Part shown: piece after piece, positions 10,427 through 22,500 of the stretch
How the letters are laid out: every line of letters begins with the position of its first letter
How positions within the stretch are numbered: the stretch's first letter is position 1
From: Sphaerodactylus townsendi
Taxonomy: Eukaryota
Reading direction: 5' to 3'
DNA: 64,000 bases
Assembly: GCF_021028975.2 (NCBI RefSeq)
Contig: NC_059439.1
Span: 26,598,001 to 26,662,000 of the forward strand
The notes under the pieces: model-generated
What the model was told of the DNA's origin: nothing
Database searches by the model: none
The model's input: the letters and a program-made list of their open reading frames with translations, nothing else
Position numbers and translations under genes: made by a program

Positions 10427-13400
10427 ATGACGACCATGGCTGATAACCACAAGGAGAGCTGGGCCGCCCTAGTAGCGGCAGCGGATGGATACCGGCGTCA
10501 GACGGGCAACGAAGTGGTGCTGCTCACGGCCTTCAGGGCCCCTCCCCCTGGCGGCTTTGGCTACGCGCAGCATGGAAGTGGGGCCCTGGCTGATGCCGTT
10601 CAACGCTACCTCGAAGACATTGCAGTGGTCCACAAGACCACGGCCTTCACTTACGCTGCCCGTCCTCCTGTGGCCCCTCGCCTGTCCCCCAACCATGGCT
10701 CCTACTCTCGAAGCTGTCCTGCCACTGGTGCCCCAGGTGAGCCCGCCCCGCACAGGACGCCTCCCCCACAGGGGCCTTCGCCAGAGGCTTTGGGAGGCCA
10801 CGAGCCTGAAGATGAGGATGATGAAGGAGATAGGAACACACTGACAGAAGGAGAGCAACCAGGTTCGAGAGACCATCCCAGTGACACCACTGGTAAGTCT
10901 ACTGACATGAAGGTTGTAGAAATGTAGAAGAAGGGGTGTTTGGATTTATACCCTGCTTTTCTCGACTGTAATGAGTCTCAAAGTGGCTTACAAACACTTT
11001 CCCTTCCTCTCCACTCCACAGACACCTTGTGAGGTATACTCTGTCTCAGGTAAGGATGTTAGTATGGTCAGTTGAGGTTAAATATACACTAGCTGGTCCA
11101 ATGGCTGAATTTCTTATTTGTTTTTTGAACTGTGGTATTTGAGGACTACATAATGTGATGTTTATATTTAAAGAGAAAATATTTTGCTAGCCTTTGTCTG
11201 TTTCATTGTTTTGTTTATGTAGAGAGTGGGGGTTTGATTCCCCACTCCTCTGCGTGAAGCCTCCTGAGGGACCTTGGGTTAGTCACAGTTCTCTCAGAAC
11301 TCTCTCAGGCCCATCTTCACAGGGTATCAGTTGTGGGAAGAGGAAGGGAATGTAAGCTGCTTTGAGACTCTTTAAAGGTAGAGAAAAGTGGGATGTAAAT
11401 CACCTGGCAACTTTTGGGCACCGGCTCTCATCCTCGAGAGCCGGCGTGGTGTGGTGGTTAAGAGCAAGTGGATTCTAATCTGGAGAATCAGGTTTGATTC
11501 CCCACTCCTCCACCTGAGCAGCAGAGGCTTATCTGGTGAACTAGATGCGTTTCCACGCTCCTACATTCCTGCTGGGTGACCTTGGGCTAGTCACAGTCCT
11601 TCGGAACTCTCTCAGCCCCACCTACTTCACAAGGTGTCTGCTGTGGGGAGAGGAAGGGAAAGGAGCTTGTACGCCACCTTGAGTCTCCTTACAGGAGAGA
11701 AAGATGGGGTATACATCCAGACTCTTCTTCTTGGCTCTGCCCCAGCTCAGCCTTGTTTTCTGAACCTTTCGATCTGTTGCTGTCCTGTGAATGGGCCCTC
11801 GTCCATCTAGCCAACATGATACTCCAGCTGAGCCCAAACCAGGGCTAAGAAAAGCAGAGGTATATTTAGCTGCCAGGGTCGAGGAGCCCAGGTCAGTGGC
11901 ATGTCACTCAGCCTGGTACTTGTGATCCGAAACCACTTCTCCCACCCCACAAGGCAGCGTCCCCTCTTTATCCAACGTGGTGCTCTGAAGGGCTGTGCTA
12001 TCAGTTCCATCTCTGAAGCTGAGCAGATCTAGGATGGGAGGCTGTTTGGGAAACAGCTGGATGTGGCCCTGGGCACTTTGAAGGCAAAGCACTAGTCTGC
12101 CTTTTTAACTTTAAAAACAAGTCGCCTCCTCTGACATCAGCAGAGATCTCCCCTGAAACTCCCTATTTTCACCCAGTGATGCATGCTCAGAGGATACGGT
12201 CCTGTTTGTTTCACACTGATAATCAGCGCCCTGACCCTGGTAGCCCGTGGACCAGATCAAGAGAAGGTGAAGAGGTGACATGATCGCCCTGTTTAGATAT
12301 TTGAAAGGATGTCATGTTGGTGGGGGATCAAGCTTGTTTTCTGCTGCTCCAGAGACTAGGTCCGGGAGTCATGGGTTTAAGGGGAAGGAAAAGAGATTCC
12401 ACTTAAACATTAGGAACAACTTTCTGACTTTCAAGGCTGTTCGGCAGTGGGATTCACTGCCTCGGAGAGTGGTGGAGTCTCCTTCTTTGGAGGTTTTTAA
12501 AGAGAGGCTGGATTGGCATCCGTCAGGAGTGTTTGGATTGTGTGTTCCTGATGGCCCTTCAGGTCTCTTCCAACTCTATGATTCTAAGCCCCTCGGAGGT
12601 TCTACCTCTGGCCCTCTCAGCTACTGCTGTGGCTTCTCCCCTCCAACTATCTTCAATGTTTGTCTGCTTCTCTGGCTGGTCGACAGCTCCCTCCAGTCTG
12701 TTCTCATCAGCCCAACAGCAGGCCTCTTTTATCAGACCATCAGCTCAGACCATCAGCTCATTATCAGACCAAGCCAGTCTGAAGCTGAAAATGCATGCAG
12801 CCCCACCTCCCTTGCCCTGGCTTGGTCACAGCTCACAGGAGCAGCAGTGGTGTAGTGGTTAAGAGCAGGTGCACTCTAATCTGGAGGAACTGGGTTTGAT
12901 TCCCTGCTCTGCCACTTGAGCTGTGGAGGCTTATCTGGTGAACCAAATCAGCTTGCGCACTCCAACACATGTCAGCTGGGTGACCTTGGACGAGTCACAG
13001 CTCTTTTGGAGCTCTCTCAGTGACATCCACCTCACAGGGTGTTTGTTGTGGGGGTTGGGAAGGGAAAGGAGATTGAAAGCCCCTTTGAGTCTCCTTACAG
13101 GAGAGAAAGGGCAGTCTAAATCCAAATTCTTCTTCTCCTCCTCCTTCCCTTCTTCTTCTTCTCCTCCTGCTCCTTCTCCTCCTCCTTCCCCCTATTAAAA
13201 TAGAATGATAATTCCTTGAATTAGTGGTTAACACTTGCAGGCTCCTTGGTCAAATTTGCCCCATGAGAATTGGCAGCTATCAGTCTGGCTTCAGCCAAGA
13301 GACAAAAGCAATGTCAGGTTATAACAGCAAACACTGTTGGTGGGCACATTCTCAATTTCCAAAGTAGCCTTCGACAAAAAATAGTTGCTGACCTCAAATG

Positions 13401-16400
13401 CGTAGCGGCGGGGGAGGGTGTGTGTGTTATTTTCTCCTGTCCCCCTCAACAGGCAGGACATTCTCTTCCACCCACTTCTCTTGTGAGCAGAAACGTCGTT
13501 CCACGCGAGATTGCGGAGTTTGCAGAACGTGGGAGAGACCAGAAAGGAAAACACACGGAAGCTTAACGCATGTCCATGTAGCTCAGGGCGGACCGCTCGC
13601 TTCTTACACCTGTACGAGGCCCCCCTGCACCAACGATCGTCATTTCATTGTTTCTTTTCAAATGCTCCTTCTAGGTCTGTTTGTGATGGACGAGGACTCC
13701 CCAAGCCAAGAGTATGAACCTTTCTTCGACTCTGACCCAGAGAGCACTGATGGTGAGTGGGAGCAGAAGAGAATGACAGGCATCCCTGCACACGTTGGGC
13801 TTTTTCAGGGGGTTGGTTCCCCATATTTAAAGTGAGTGTGATGCAGTCTGAGAATGCCTTGGTAGAAGAGTTCAAGGACTCTGTACGCTGTCTCACAAAA
13901 AGATGTTAGTACAGTCAGTTGAGGTGCAGCAATCAAGAAAGTTGCATGCCTCCACACTAGTATATAATCCTATGCACATGCCGTGTACCTTTCTCTCATT
14001 GGTTGGTGTGGGGTTTCCGGGCTGTGTGGCCGTGGTCTGGCAGATCTTGTTCCTAACGTTTCGCCTGCATCTATGGCTGGCATCTTCAGAGGTGTATCGC
14101 AGAGAGAAGTCTGTTACACACTGTGTCTAGGTCGGACTTCCCTCTGTGATCCATCTCTGAAGATGCCAGCCACAGATGCAGGCGAAACATTAGCAACAAG
14201 ATCTACCAGACCACGGCCACACAGCCCGGAAAGCCCACCACAACCAGTTGACTGTCCGGCCATGAAAGCTTTCTCTCATTGCTTTATTGTGGCTTGTTTT
14301 AAGTTTTGATTGCTCCTTGTCATTCTAACCTGTTTTGTGCCTTTCTGTTCTTCTCCAGATGGGAGTCTGAGTGAGGAGGCCCCTGGGCAGACAGCCCCTC
14401 CACCCCTCAGCCACCAATATGCCAAGTCCTTGCCTGTCTCCGTGCCAGTCTGGGGGTTTAAAGAGCAACGGCAAGAGATGCGCTCCTCTGACGAGGAGAA
14501 CAGCAAGGTGGGTTGCAGCTGAGGAGGTGGGTTTGGTGGAATGCCCTTAGGGAAAGTGGAGGCATCTCCAGAAGACCAGAGCTTCCTTTGAGCAGGTGGC
14601 TAGTGGCGGTGTCTCTGTACAAATGCTTGCAAGCACATCCTTAGGAAAATAGATCCTGTGTACATGACGTGACTTGCAAGTGGAGAAATGAATATTGTGT
14701 GTATCATAGAATGATAGAGTTGGAAGAGACCACCGGGGCCATTCAGTCCAACTCCCTGCCATGCAGGAACACACAATCAAAGCACTCCCAACATATGTTC
14801 ACCCAGCCTCAGTTTAAAAACCTCCAAAGAAGGAGACTCCACCACTCTCCGAGGCAGGGAATCCCACTGTCGAACAGCTCTGACAGTCAGAAAGTTCTTC
14901 CTGATGTTTAGGTGGAATCTCTTTCCCTTCACCTTGAATCCATTAGTCCGTGTCCTGGTCTCTGAGGCAGCAGAAAACGTGCTTGCTCCCTCTTCGAATG
15001 GCATCCCTTCAAATATTTCAACATAGCTGTCATTGCCCCTGTTCTCCCTTAACCTTCGCTTCTCTAGACTAAACATCCCCAGTTCCTTAAGCCTCTTTTC
15101 GTAGGACATGGATTCCAGACCTTTTACCATTTTGGTTGCCCTCCTCTGGACACGTTCCAGCTTGTCAATATCCTTCTTAAATTGCAGTGCCCAGAACTGA
15201 ACACAGTACTCCAGGTGAGGTCTGACTAAGGCAGAGTAGAGTGATACAATTACTTCCCTTGATCTAGACACTATACCAGTGATGGCGAACCTTTTCGAGA
15301 CAGAGTGCCCAAATTGCAACCCAAAACCCACTTATTTATCGCAAAGTGCCAACACGGCAATTTAACTTGAATAACCCCCTGCTGTAGCCTCCAGCAAGTC
15401 CCACATGTGCTGCTCTGTGCCTCTCTAGCATCTCTGCCGCCTCTGCGCCCCCCCTCCCCCCAGACAGCAGCCACCTCGAGCACAGGCACCAAGCCCACCA
15501 GCCAAGTCCTCCCTGCTCGCTAAGGTGCACACACATCAAGTCCAGCGATCCAGGCCAGCCTAGATGTGTGTGTGTGTGGGGGGGCGATTTCCCCCACACA
15601 CATGACGAACTCTGAGCATGCGTGCCCACAGAGAGGGCTCTGAGTGCCACTTCTGGCACCCGTGCCATAGGTTCGCCACCACTGCACTATACTGTTATTG
15701 ATGCATTCCAGAATTGCATTGGCTTTCGTGGCTGCCATATCACACTGCTGACTCATGTTCAGTTTGTGGTCTACTCAGACTCCCAGATCCTTTTTGCATG
15801 AGGATCGTCCATTCAGTAGTCGAAGAAGCCTTGCTTTTGAAATTTTCTGCTCCTCACAAGAGAAGCTTGAACATGTGTGAACGCCGCTGAGAGAGAAACA
15901 GGAGTGCGGGTTGGGCAAAATATTTTGTTCCAGGTGGTGAGGACCACAGATCCTCACGTAGCATCAGTTCCCTTTCCGTAGCAGAAGAAATTCTGGGAAA
16001 CTGTTTGATAGGCATGTTTCATACAAGATGCACAACAACGCCCTTGCCACATTCCCCTGTGCTCACGCCAAGGGTGGAATGCCTCTTCGAAGATCCTCTA
16101 TGTGTGAAAGGCAAACTCTATGCTGGGGATAATTAGGAAAGGAATTGAGAATAAAACTGCAAGGATTGTCATGCCCTTATATAAAGCAGTGGTGTGACCG
16201 CACTTGGAGTACTGTGTCCAGTTCTGGTCGCCACATCTCAAAAAGGATATTGAAGAGATAGAAAAAGTGCAGAGAAGGGCAACGAGGATGATTGAGGGAC
16301 TGGAGCACCTTCCTTATGAGGAGAGGCTGCAGCGTTTGGGACTCTTTAGTTTAGAGAGGAGATGTCTGAGGGGGGATATGATTGAAGTCTATAAAATTAT

Positions 16401-17205
16401 GCATGGGGTAGAAAATGTTGACAGAGAGAAATTTTTCTCTCTTTCTCACAATACTAGAACCAGGGGGCATTCATTGAAAATGCTGGGGGGAAGAATTAGG
16501 ACTAATAAAAGGAAACACTTCTTCACGCAACGTGTGATTGGTGTTTGGAATATGCTGCCACAGGAGGTGGTGATGGCCACTCACCTGGATAGCTTTAAAA
16601 GGGCCTTGGACAGATTTATGGAGGAGAAGTCGATTTATGGCTACCAATCTTGATCCTCTTTGATCTGAGATTGCAAATGCCTTAACAGTCCAGGGTGCTC
16701 GGGGAGCAACAGCCGCAGAAGGCCATTGCTTTCACCTCCTGCAGGTGAGCTCCCAAAGGCACCTGGTGGGCCACTGCGAGTAGCAGAGAGCTGGACTAGA
16801 TGGACTCTGGTCTGATCCAGCTGGCTTGTTCTTATGTTCTTGTGTGTGTGTTATAAGCAGAATCCTCTAAAGACAGGGCACTTTCCTGTACACCTGTTGT
16901 AGTCCGATGATTCTTTGACAGACTTAAGAAATCTTTCCTTGGGAAACGGCCCTGCTCGCAACCAGTGGGCACAAGAAAGGGGAGAAGCAAGTGGGATATC
17001 CGCAAGGGATAACGGGGGAAGAGAGGGGTCACTGACCCCCTTGTTTTGTTCCTCTCCGCAGCATTCGTCCCCCGACCTCGAGAAGATTGCCGCCAGCATG
17101 CGGGCTTTGGTGCTGCGGGTGTCGGACGGCACGGAGATGTTCGGCGACCTGCCTCGGCCGCGGCTCAACACGAGCGACTTCCAGAAGCTACAGAGGAAAT
17201 ACTAG
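10427..17205 (+). CDS. AKT1S1: Proline-rich AKT1 substrate 1 (PRAS40), complete, 278 aa
   Basis: Exons 10427-10892, 13675-13752, 14359-14507, 17062-17205 (837 nt, GT-AG, phases 1/1/0). TOS motif [26 protein letters not shown], Akt site [12 protein letters not shown] and C-terminal RKY*. Acceptor at 10425 shows a non-coding upstream exon. Confidence 0.96.
11436..11731 (+). mobile_element. Squam3-like SINE
   Basis: Full head and tail. Degenerate copies also at ~10925-11035 and ~11230-11400. Confidence 0.85.
12259..12587 (+). mobile_element. CR1 LINE 3' fragment
   Basis: [13 protein letters not shown]...[12 protein letters not shown]...[15 protein letters not shown]; CR1-type 3' end TCCAACTCTATGATTCT. 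Confidence 0.85.
12839..13190 (+). mobile_element. Squam3-like SINE with pyrimidine-rich tail
   Basis: Same family consensus. Confidence 0.85.
13998..14272. mobile_element. Penelope-like element terminal fragment in inverted-repeat arrangement
   Basis: Long inverted repeat containing CTGAAGATGCC...GGCGAAACG and GAAAGC ends typical of PLE pseudo-LTRs. Confidence 0.75.
14052..14092 (-). ncRNA. Candidate minimal type I hammerhead ribozyme (PLE-associated)
   Basis: CCU-CUGAAGA-U-GCC a GC(CAUAGAU)GC a GGC-GAAA-C-GUU|AGG: catalytic core, stem II, palindromic ACGU stem III, stem I CCU/AGG. Confidence 0.6.
14705..15800 (-). mobile_element. CR1 LINE fragment interrupted by a hAT element
   Basis: [13 protein letters not shown]...[11 protein letters not shown]; continues beyond the insertion ([15 protein letters not shown]). 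Confidence 0.88.
15277..15684. mobile_element. Non-autonomous hAT element nested in CR1
   Basis: TIRs plus perfect TSD CACTATAC. Confidence 0.88.
16113..16840 (+). mobile_element. CR1 LINE 3' fragment (second subfamily)
   Basis: [16 protein letters not shown]...[15 protein letters not shown]; tail TTCTTATGTTCTT. Confidence 0.88.
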
Positions 17206-18036
17206 CGGATCCGGCAGTCTCTTCCCTCCCTTCCGCCCCCTCCCTCGGTGCCCCCCCCCCCCCCGGTCGGTGGACAGGGTTGGATGTTCCCCTTAAGCCA
17301 TACAGCCGTATTTCTGAGCGCTTACAAGCTTTAAATTAAAGTGATAACTTTGATTGCACACTATAAGTTGGGATGAGGGAGGGGAGGACTTCTGGTTCCC
17401 TTTCCCCCCCTCCCTGAAAAATAAACCCTGTCCCACTTCTTTCTTTCCTGGAATTTCAACGATCCAGCACCTCTTCGCCAGCGGCGAACCCTGCCCTGGT
17501 CAAGAGAAAGCGACACTACAGACACACACTACAATTCTGCCCCGGCCCAGTCCAGCCCTGGCTGCTGACGGGTCACTTAAAGTCAGAAGTTTCTCTCTTC
17601 CCTTCCCTTCCCTGTGACGAGTGTCTTAAGATCCTTTGCACATAAGCTGGGTTTGTCTATAGAGTTTTTAGTTTTGAGCCGAGTCTCTCTTGTCGGGGAG
17701 AGCGAAGAGCGTGGCAGGGGGTCCTGGTTACGTGGCTCCCCCTTCCCACGCGTCAATCTCTCCCGGTTTTCAGAAGTGGTATTTCAGGGTTGTTTTTCTA
17801 TTGGGGAGGGCGGTGCAAACGTGGGGGGTCACCCCGAGCAGATGGGATGTACAAGTGGCTCTAAGAGTCGCACGCGACCCTCTGTTTTTCCTCCCCCTCT
17901 GCTTTCCCGGCGTACTTTTGTATCAGATTCTCGGGGGGCCCTCGGAGGCCCCGGCCCTCTATATTTTTGTCCAAAGATGATTGGTGAATTGGAAGGGGGA
18001 GGATGTCTTTGTCTCCTTCCCACCAGCCTACCAGCC

Positions 18037-18042
18037 AATAAA
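18037..18042 (+). terminator. Probable AKT1S1 polyadenylation signal (alternative proximal AATAAA at 17420)
   Basis: AATAAA about 830 nt after the stop codon. Confidence 0.5.
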
Positions 18043-18466
18043 GAACATACTGACTTTTACCAGCCTTGCTTCCATGTGATCTGATTGGCAGGAAAAGAAA
18101 CTGGCAAGATGTTTAAGCAGGAGGGGGCTGTACACTTGGAGGCTTGTGGTCGGACCACAAGATTAATGGCAGGCAGTGAAACCTTCATGGTTAGTGTAGC
18201 AGAATGTTGGAACTTAACAGAGACTCCAGGGAAGTTCTGCCAACTCACAGAAGAAGCAATTGTTTTTTTTATTCTTAGTTGCTCTGAATGCTGGGATGGT
18301 GGAACCAAACAAGTCAGGGTTAAAGTGAGACTTCCACATTTCCATGGATGGACTAAACTAGATTTCTACAAACCACCCAGCTGTAGAATCCTGGTTAAGG
18401 ATCCTTCGTTGTGGTCCTTCTACTAACCAAAGTTAGGGGAGCGATCTAACCAGAGTTAGTGGAGTG

Positions 18467-18760
18467 AGAGCCAGCGTGGTTGTAGTGGTTAAGAGCAGGT
18501 GGACTCTAATCTGGAGAACTGGGGTTGATTCCTCATTCCTCCACCGGAGTGGCGGAGGCTTATCTGGTGAACCAGATGTGCTTCCGCACTCCTACATTCC
18601 TGCTGGGTGACCTTGGGCTAGTCATAGTTCTTTGGAACGCTCTCAGCCCCACCTACCTCTCAAGGTGTCTGTTGTGGGAGAGGAAGGGAAAGGAGTTTGT
18701 AAACCACCTTGAGTCTCCTTACAGGAGAGAAAGGGGAGTGTAAATCCAAACTCCTCTTCT
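18467..18760 (+). mobile_element. Squam3-like SINE
   Basis: Family consensus. Confidence 0.85.
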
Positions 18761-19154
18761 TGAGATACAGCGTTAAACCAGCGGCTAATCACCCTGCAGG
18801 TTATAAAAGTGGTCTTCAGCTCGCATATTTCTAGAAGTGGATTTTAAAATTGTGGATTATTTCCAGAAGCAGCATTTGAAAACTGTGGCTTTGAAGGCTG
18901 GTTGGACGCAGCCCGCGTTGCCATTCCTGGCAATAGGTTGTGTAAGCCAACAACAAAACCGCTTTCCTGTCGCTGTCTCCTACAAACTGGAGAGGGGTCA
19001 AACCAGAGTGGTTGAAAACGTTAGTCCTTTCGTTCCAAATTGTCCACGTGGGTGCAAAGGGAAAGGTCCTTGGTCCACAAATCTTCAAGGAAGGGAAAGG
19101 CTAATTAGGGGAAAACTTAGAAGTCCTGGAGCCAGCGGAACACTATTGTATTGT

Positions 19155-19160
19155 TTTATT
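19155..19160 (-). terminator. Probable tetraspanin polyadenylation signal
   Basis: TTTATT (AATAAA on -) about 380 nt downstream of the stop codon. Confidence 0.55.
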
Positions 19161-19539
19161 GGTACTCAGTATAGTTCTGTTATATACAAAAGTAACAAGG
19201 TTTGCAGGAGAAGGAGAGGACATATAATACAAAATGGGAAGAACACGCAGACTGAGACAGAAGGAAACGGTGCCCCAGTTGAGTGATATGGGGGGGGAAG
19301 GGGGCTGGGCGGCAAAAGGAAGGAAGGGTTTCGCCTCCCCGCCCCCAGGTTAAAATATCTGAATACTTGATGGGGATTTGGCCTTAGCAGAAGCCCCGAG
19401 GTTTGGCGAAAGGGTGGCGGGAAAAGAAGGGGCAGGGTGACGAACGGGAGGGGCCTCCGGGGGATCCTGAAGTGCCCTCATCTTCCGAGCCGCACGCCCC
19501 TTTCGAGGGCCAAGGGACGGAGACGGTGCTCAGGCCAAC

Positions 19540-22500
19540 TCAGTCGTAATATTTCTCTGCCCGCCGGACCTGGCAGTACATCAGCATGGAGAACACGATG
19601 CCCAAGACCTGGGGAGGAGAGAGCAGGTGGGATCAGAAAAAGGGATGATTGGGGGACAGGGTTCTAATCCTCACCCAGCCCTTCCCTGACCACAGCGCTG
19701 TCCCACGCACCCTGCCCCGACGATAAACCAACTGCGGCAGATTCTGGGTTTCTTAACTAAAGTAAAGTTTAATGTATTGTCGAAAGCTTTCACGGCCGGA
19801 ATCACTGGGGTGCTGTGTGGTTTCTGGGCTGTATGGCTGTGTTCTAGCAGCATTCTCTCCTGACGTTTTGCCTGCATCTGTGGCTGGCTGCATCTGTGGC
19901 ATGATCCTCTGAAGATGCCAGCCACAGATGCAGGCGAAACGCCAGGAGATAATGCTGCTAGAACACGGCCATACAGCCTGGAAACCACAGAGCACCCCAC
20001 TAAAGTAAAGTTTCCCCTTTCAGTTGTGTTCGACCCTGGGGTACCACTGCGAGCAGTGATTTTATAGGCAAGCCTCTTTGTGGGGTAGTTTGCCATTGCT
20101 TTCCCTGGCTATTCTTTACCCCCTAGCTATGAGCTAGGTACTCATTTACCGACCAAGAAATGGATGGATGGCTGAGTTGACCATGAGCCAGCTGCCAGGA
20201 TATCTGACCCACAGGAGGCTTGAACTCCTGACTGTGTGAGTGGCAGTGCAAGCACTTAACCACTACGCCACATGGCTCCTTTCTTAACTAGGCCTTGTTT
20301 ATATGCCACAACCCTTAATCACATTGTACAACGCAGAGTTCCATCCTGGGTACAGAATTCAGAATCTTTGAGAACCGGAGCTTCCGTTTTCCAAAATAAA
20401 GCGAGTTGCCTGTCCTGAAGGCCACGGAGACTGGGTGGACCGAGGCACAGGGCAAAATCGTGGAAATCAGCCGAGTAGGCAACCCGGCCCTCAAAGGCAG
20501 GGTGCCGTGGCCCTCCTTTCTAACTACAAGTTCACGTTTCTAGAGCACCTTTCTGTTTTATAACTAATCCCACGGAGCTTTACCGCCTTCGACTAGAAAC
20601 AGAATGGATTCCGCCAAGATAAGCCGGCCTACGCAAACGCCGCTGAGTTTGCACAAAGCGATTAAAAATGCAACAGCAGCTTTTTTTCACTGCACACAGC
20701 CCCGTCTAGAGCTGTCTTTTTGTAGGAAGCACATGTTCCCTGCTCCCATGTTAAGGGTGGGCAGGGGATGTGTTGTAACAGGGACTTGCTTCGGGTCACC
20801 CAGCCGATCGGATTTCTCCACTTTTGCCTCTCACCTGAACCACGATAATGCAGGCAGCAAAGATGCCCATCGCCGAGATGTTCTGCCCCAGCCAATGTTT
20901 AACTTTCCCGTAACAGGGCTGCAGGGAGTGGAAACACATAAGGGTATCAGAAGAGTTTTGTTGCATGAGACTGAAGGACCATTCAGTTTGCAAGAGAGCC
21001 AGTGAGGTGTAGTGGTTAGGAACAATCGGGGCACACCATTTCATCATGTGGTCGGGTGCCGGCCAGGCACGGGGACCTGGCCAGCACCCGCCCCCGCCCC
21101 CCCCCCAATGCTCACCAGCTGAGCTGATTGCAGGCCAAGATCTCCATTGGGGAGAAAGTTGAGGGTATCGCAGTAAATAAGCACACACAATCTGCATCTT
21201 GAGAATTCCAGTCATAAGCTACTGTGGTATGGTGGTTACAGTGTTAGCAGAGGTGGGATCCAGCAGGTTCTCACAGATTCCCGAGAGTAGGTTACTAATT
21301 ATGTGTGTGTGCCGAGAGCGGGTTACTAATGGGTGATTTTGCCACGTGATTTTGGCCTTCGTGACGCCCCTCCTCTCAGCAGTAGCGCGCAGAACTTGAG
21401 GCAGTCTAGCAGGAGGTGCACCGGCGTGCGTGACAGCCTGCGCCTGCGTGCATTTGTTTCCCGCCCAAGGACCGGCACAGCGGCTGCGTCCCGCCCCCGG
21501 AATGCCCGGCCACGCCCTCGTCGTGCCCCACCCAGCCCCATTGGCGCTACGCCACAGTTTGAATCCCACCACCATGGGAACCTGTTACTAAAATTTTTGG
21601 ATCCCACCACTGAGTGTTAGGCTGCAGTTGGGGAGACACAGGTTCGAATCCCTCGTTTGCCACGCACCTTACTGTGTGACCATGGGCTAGTCACTCTCAG
21701 ACTCACAGTGCAGGGTTGTCGTGAGGAGAAATCGGAGGGGAACGGAACCTACCAGCGACTCCTTTGGAGGAACGGCAGGATTAAAATGCACTGCATAAAG
21801 ACTATGACCCCCAACCTGCAAGCAGTTTTGACCAAGGGTGTTTGAGTGTGTGGACCCTGCTGTTCTGTCCCCATGTAGGGCCAGGAAAGGACCAGAACAG
21901 ATCTTGCCATCAAGGTCCTCCAAAGAATATCATTCAAAATCCGTCCCCCAAGTCCGAGAGTTTTGCAAAAGCACCACCCGCTTCCAACATCTCACCTCTG
22001 GCCACCAACGCTGCGGCTCAGCGCCGTCCGCCTGGCAGTTACTGGGCGGCAAGCAACACGACTCGGGCACCCACGTTCTGTTGTGCACCTCGAACCAGTC
22101 CGTGTAGTTCTGCACCCCACAACAACGAAACTGGGAAGCGAAGGAAAGAGGAGGCAATATCACAAACCAGGCTAGACAACACAGCCAGAAGAAACCTCGG
22201 TCCGTTGTCAAATGCTTTCAGGGCCAGAATCAGCAGGCCGTTTTGGGTTTTCCAGGTTGTGTGGCTGTGGTCTGGCCACGACACCCGGAAAGCCCTCAGC
22301 AGCCAAACCCTGATCCCTTTTTCTGACTGCTCTTCTTCAGCTCTCCACTATGGTGGTGTGTTTGGCCCCTTCCGCACAGGCAGGATAACACACTTTCAAT
22401 CCGCTTTCAAGGCACTTTGCAGGCTGGGTTTTACGGTGCGGAAGAGCAAAATCCACTTGCAAACAATTGTGAAAGTGGATTGAAAGTGCATTATTCTGCC

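Noticed and set aside
12839-12915. tRNA genes at SINE heads
   Set aside because: A/B-box-like heads continue into CORE SINE bodies and do not form a proper cloverleaf.
16204-16653. 149-aa ORF as a host gene (likewise 14777-15331, 12280-12855, 6351-6995)
   Set aside because: These are reverse-transcriptase C-terminal remnants of 5'-truncated LINEs.
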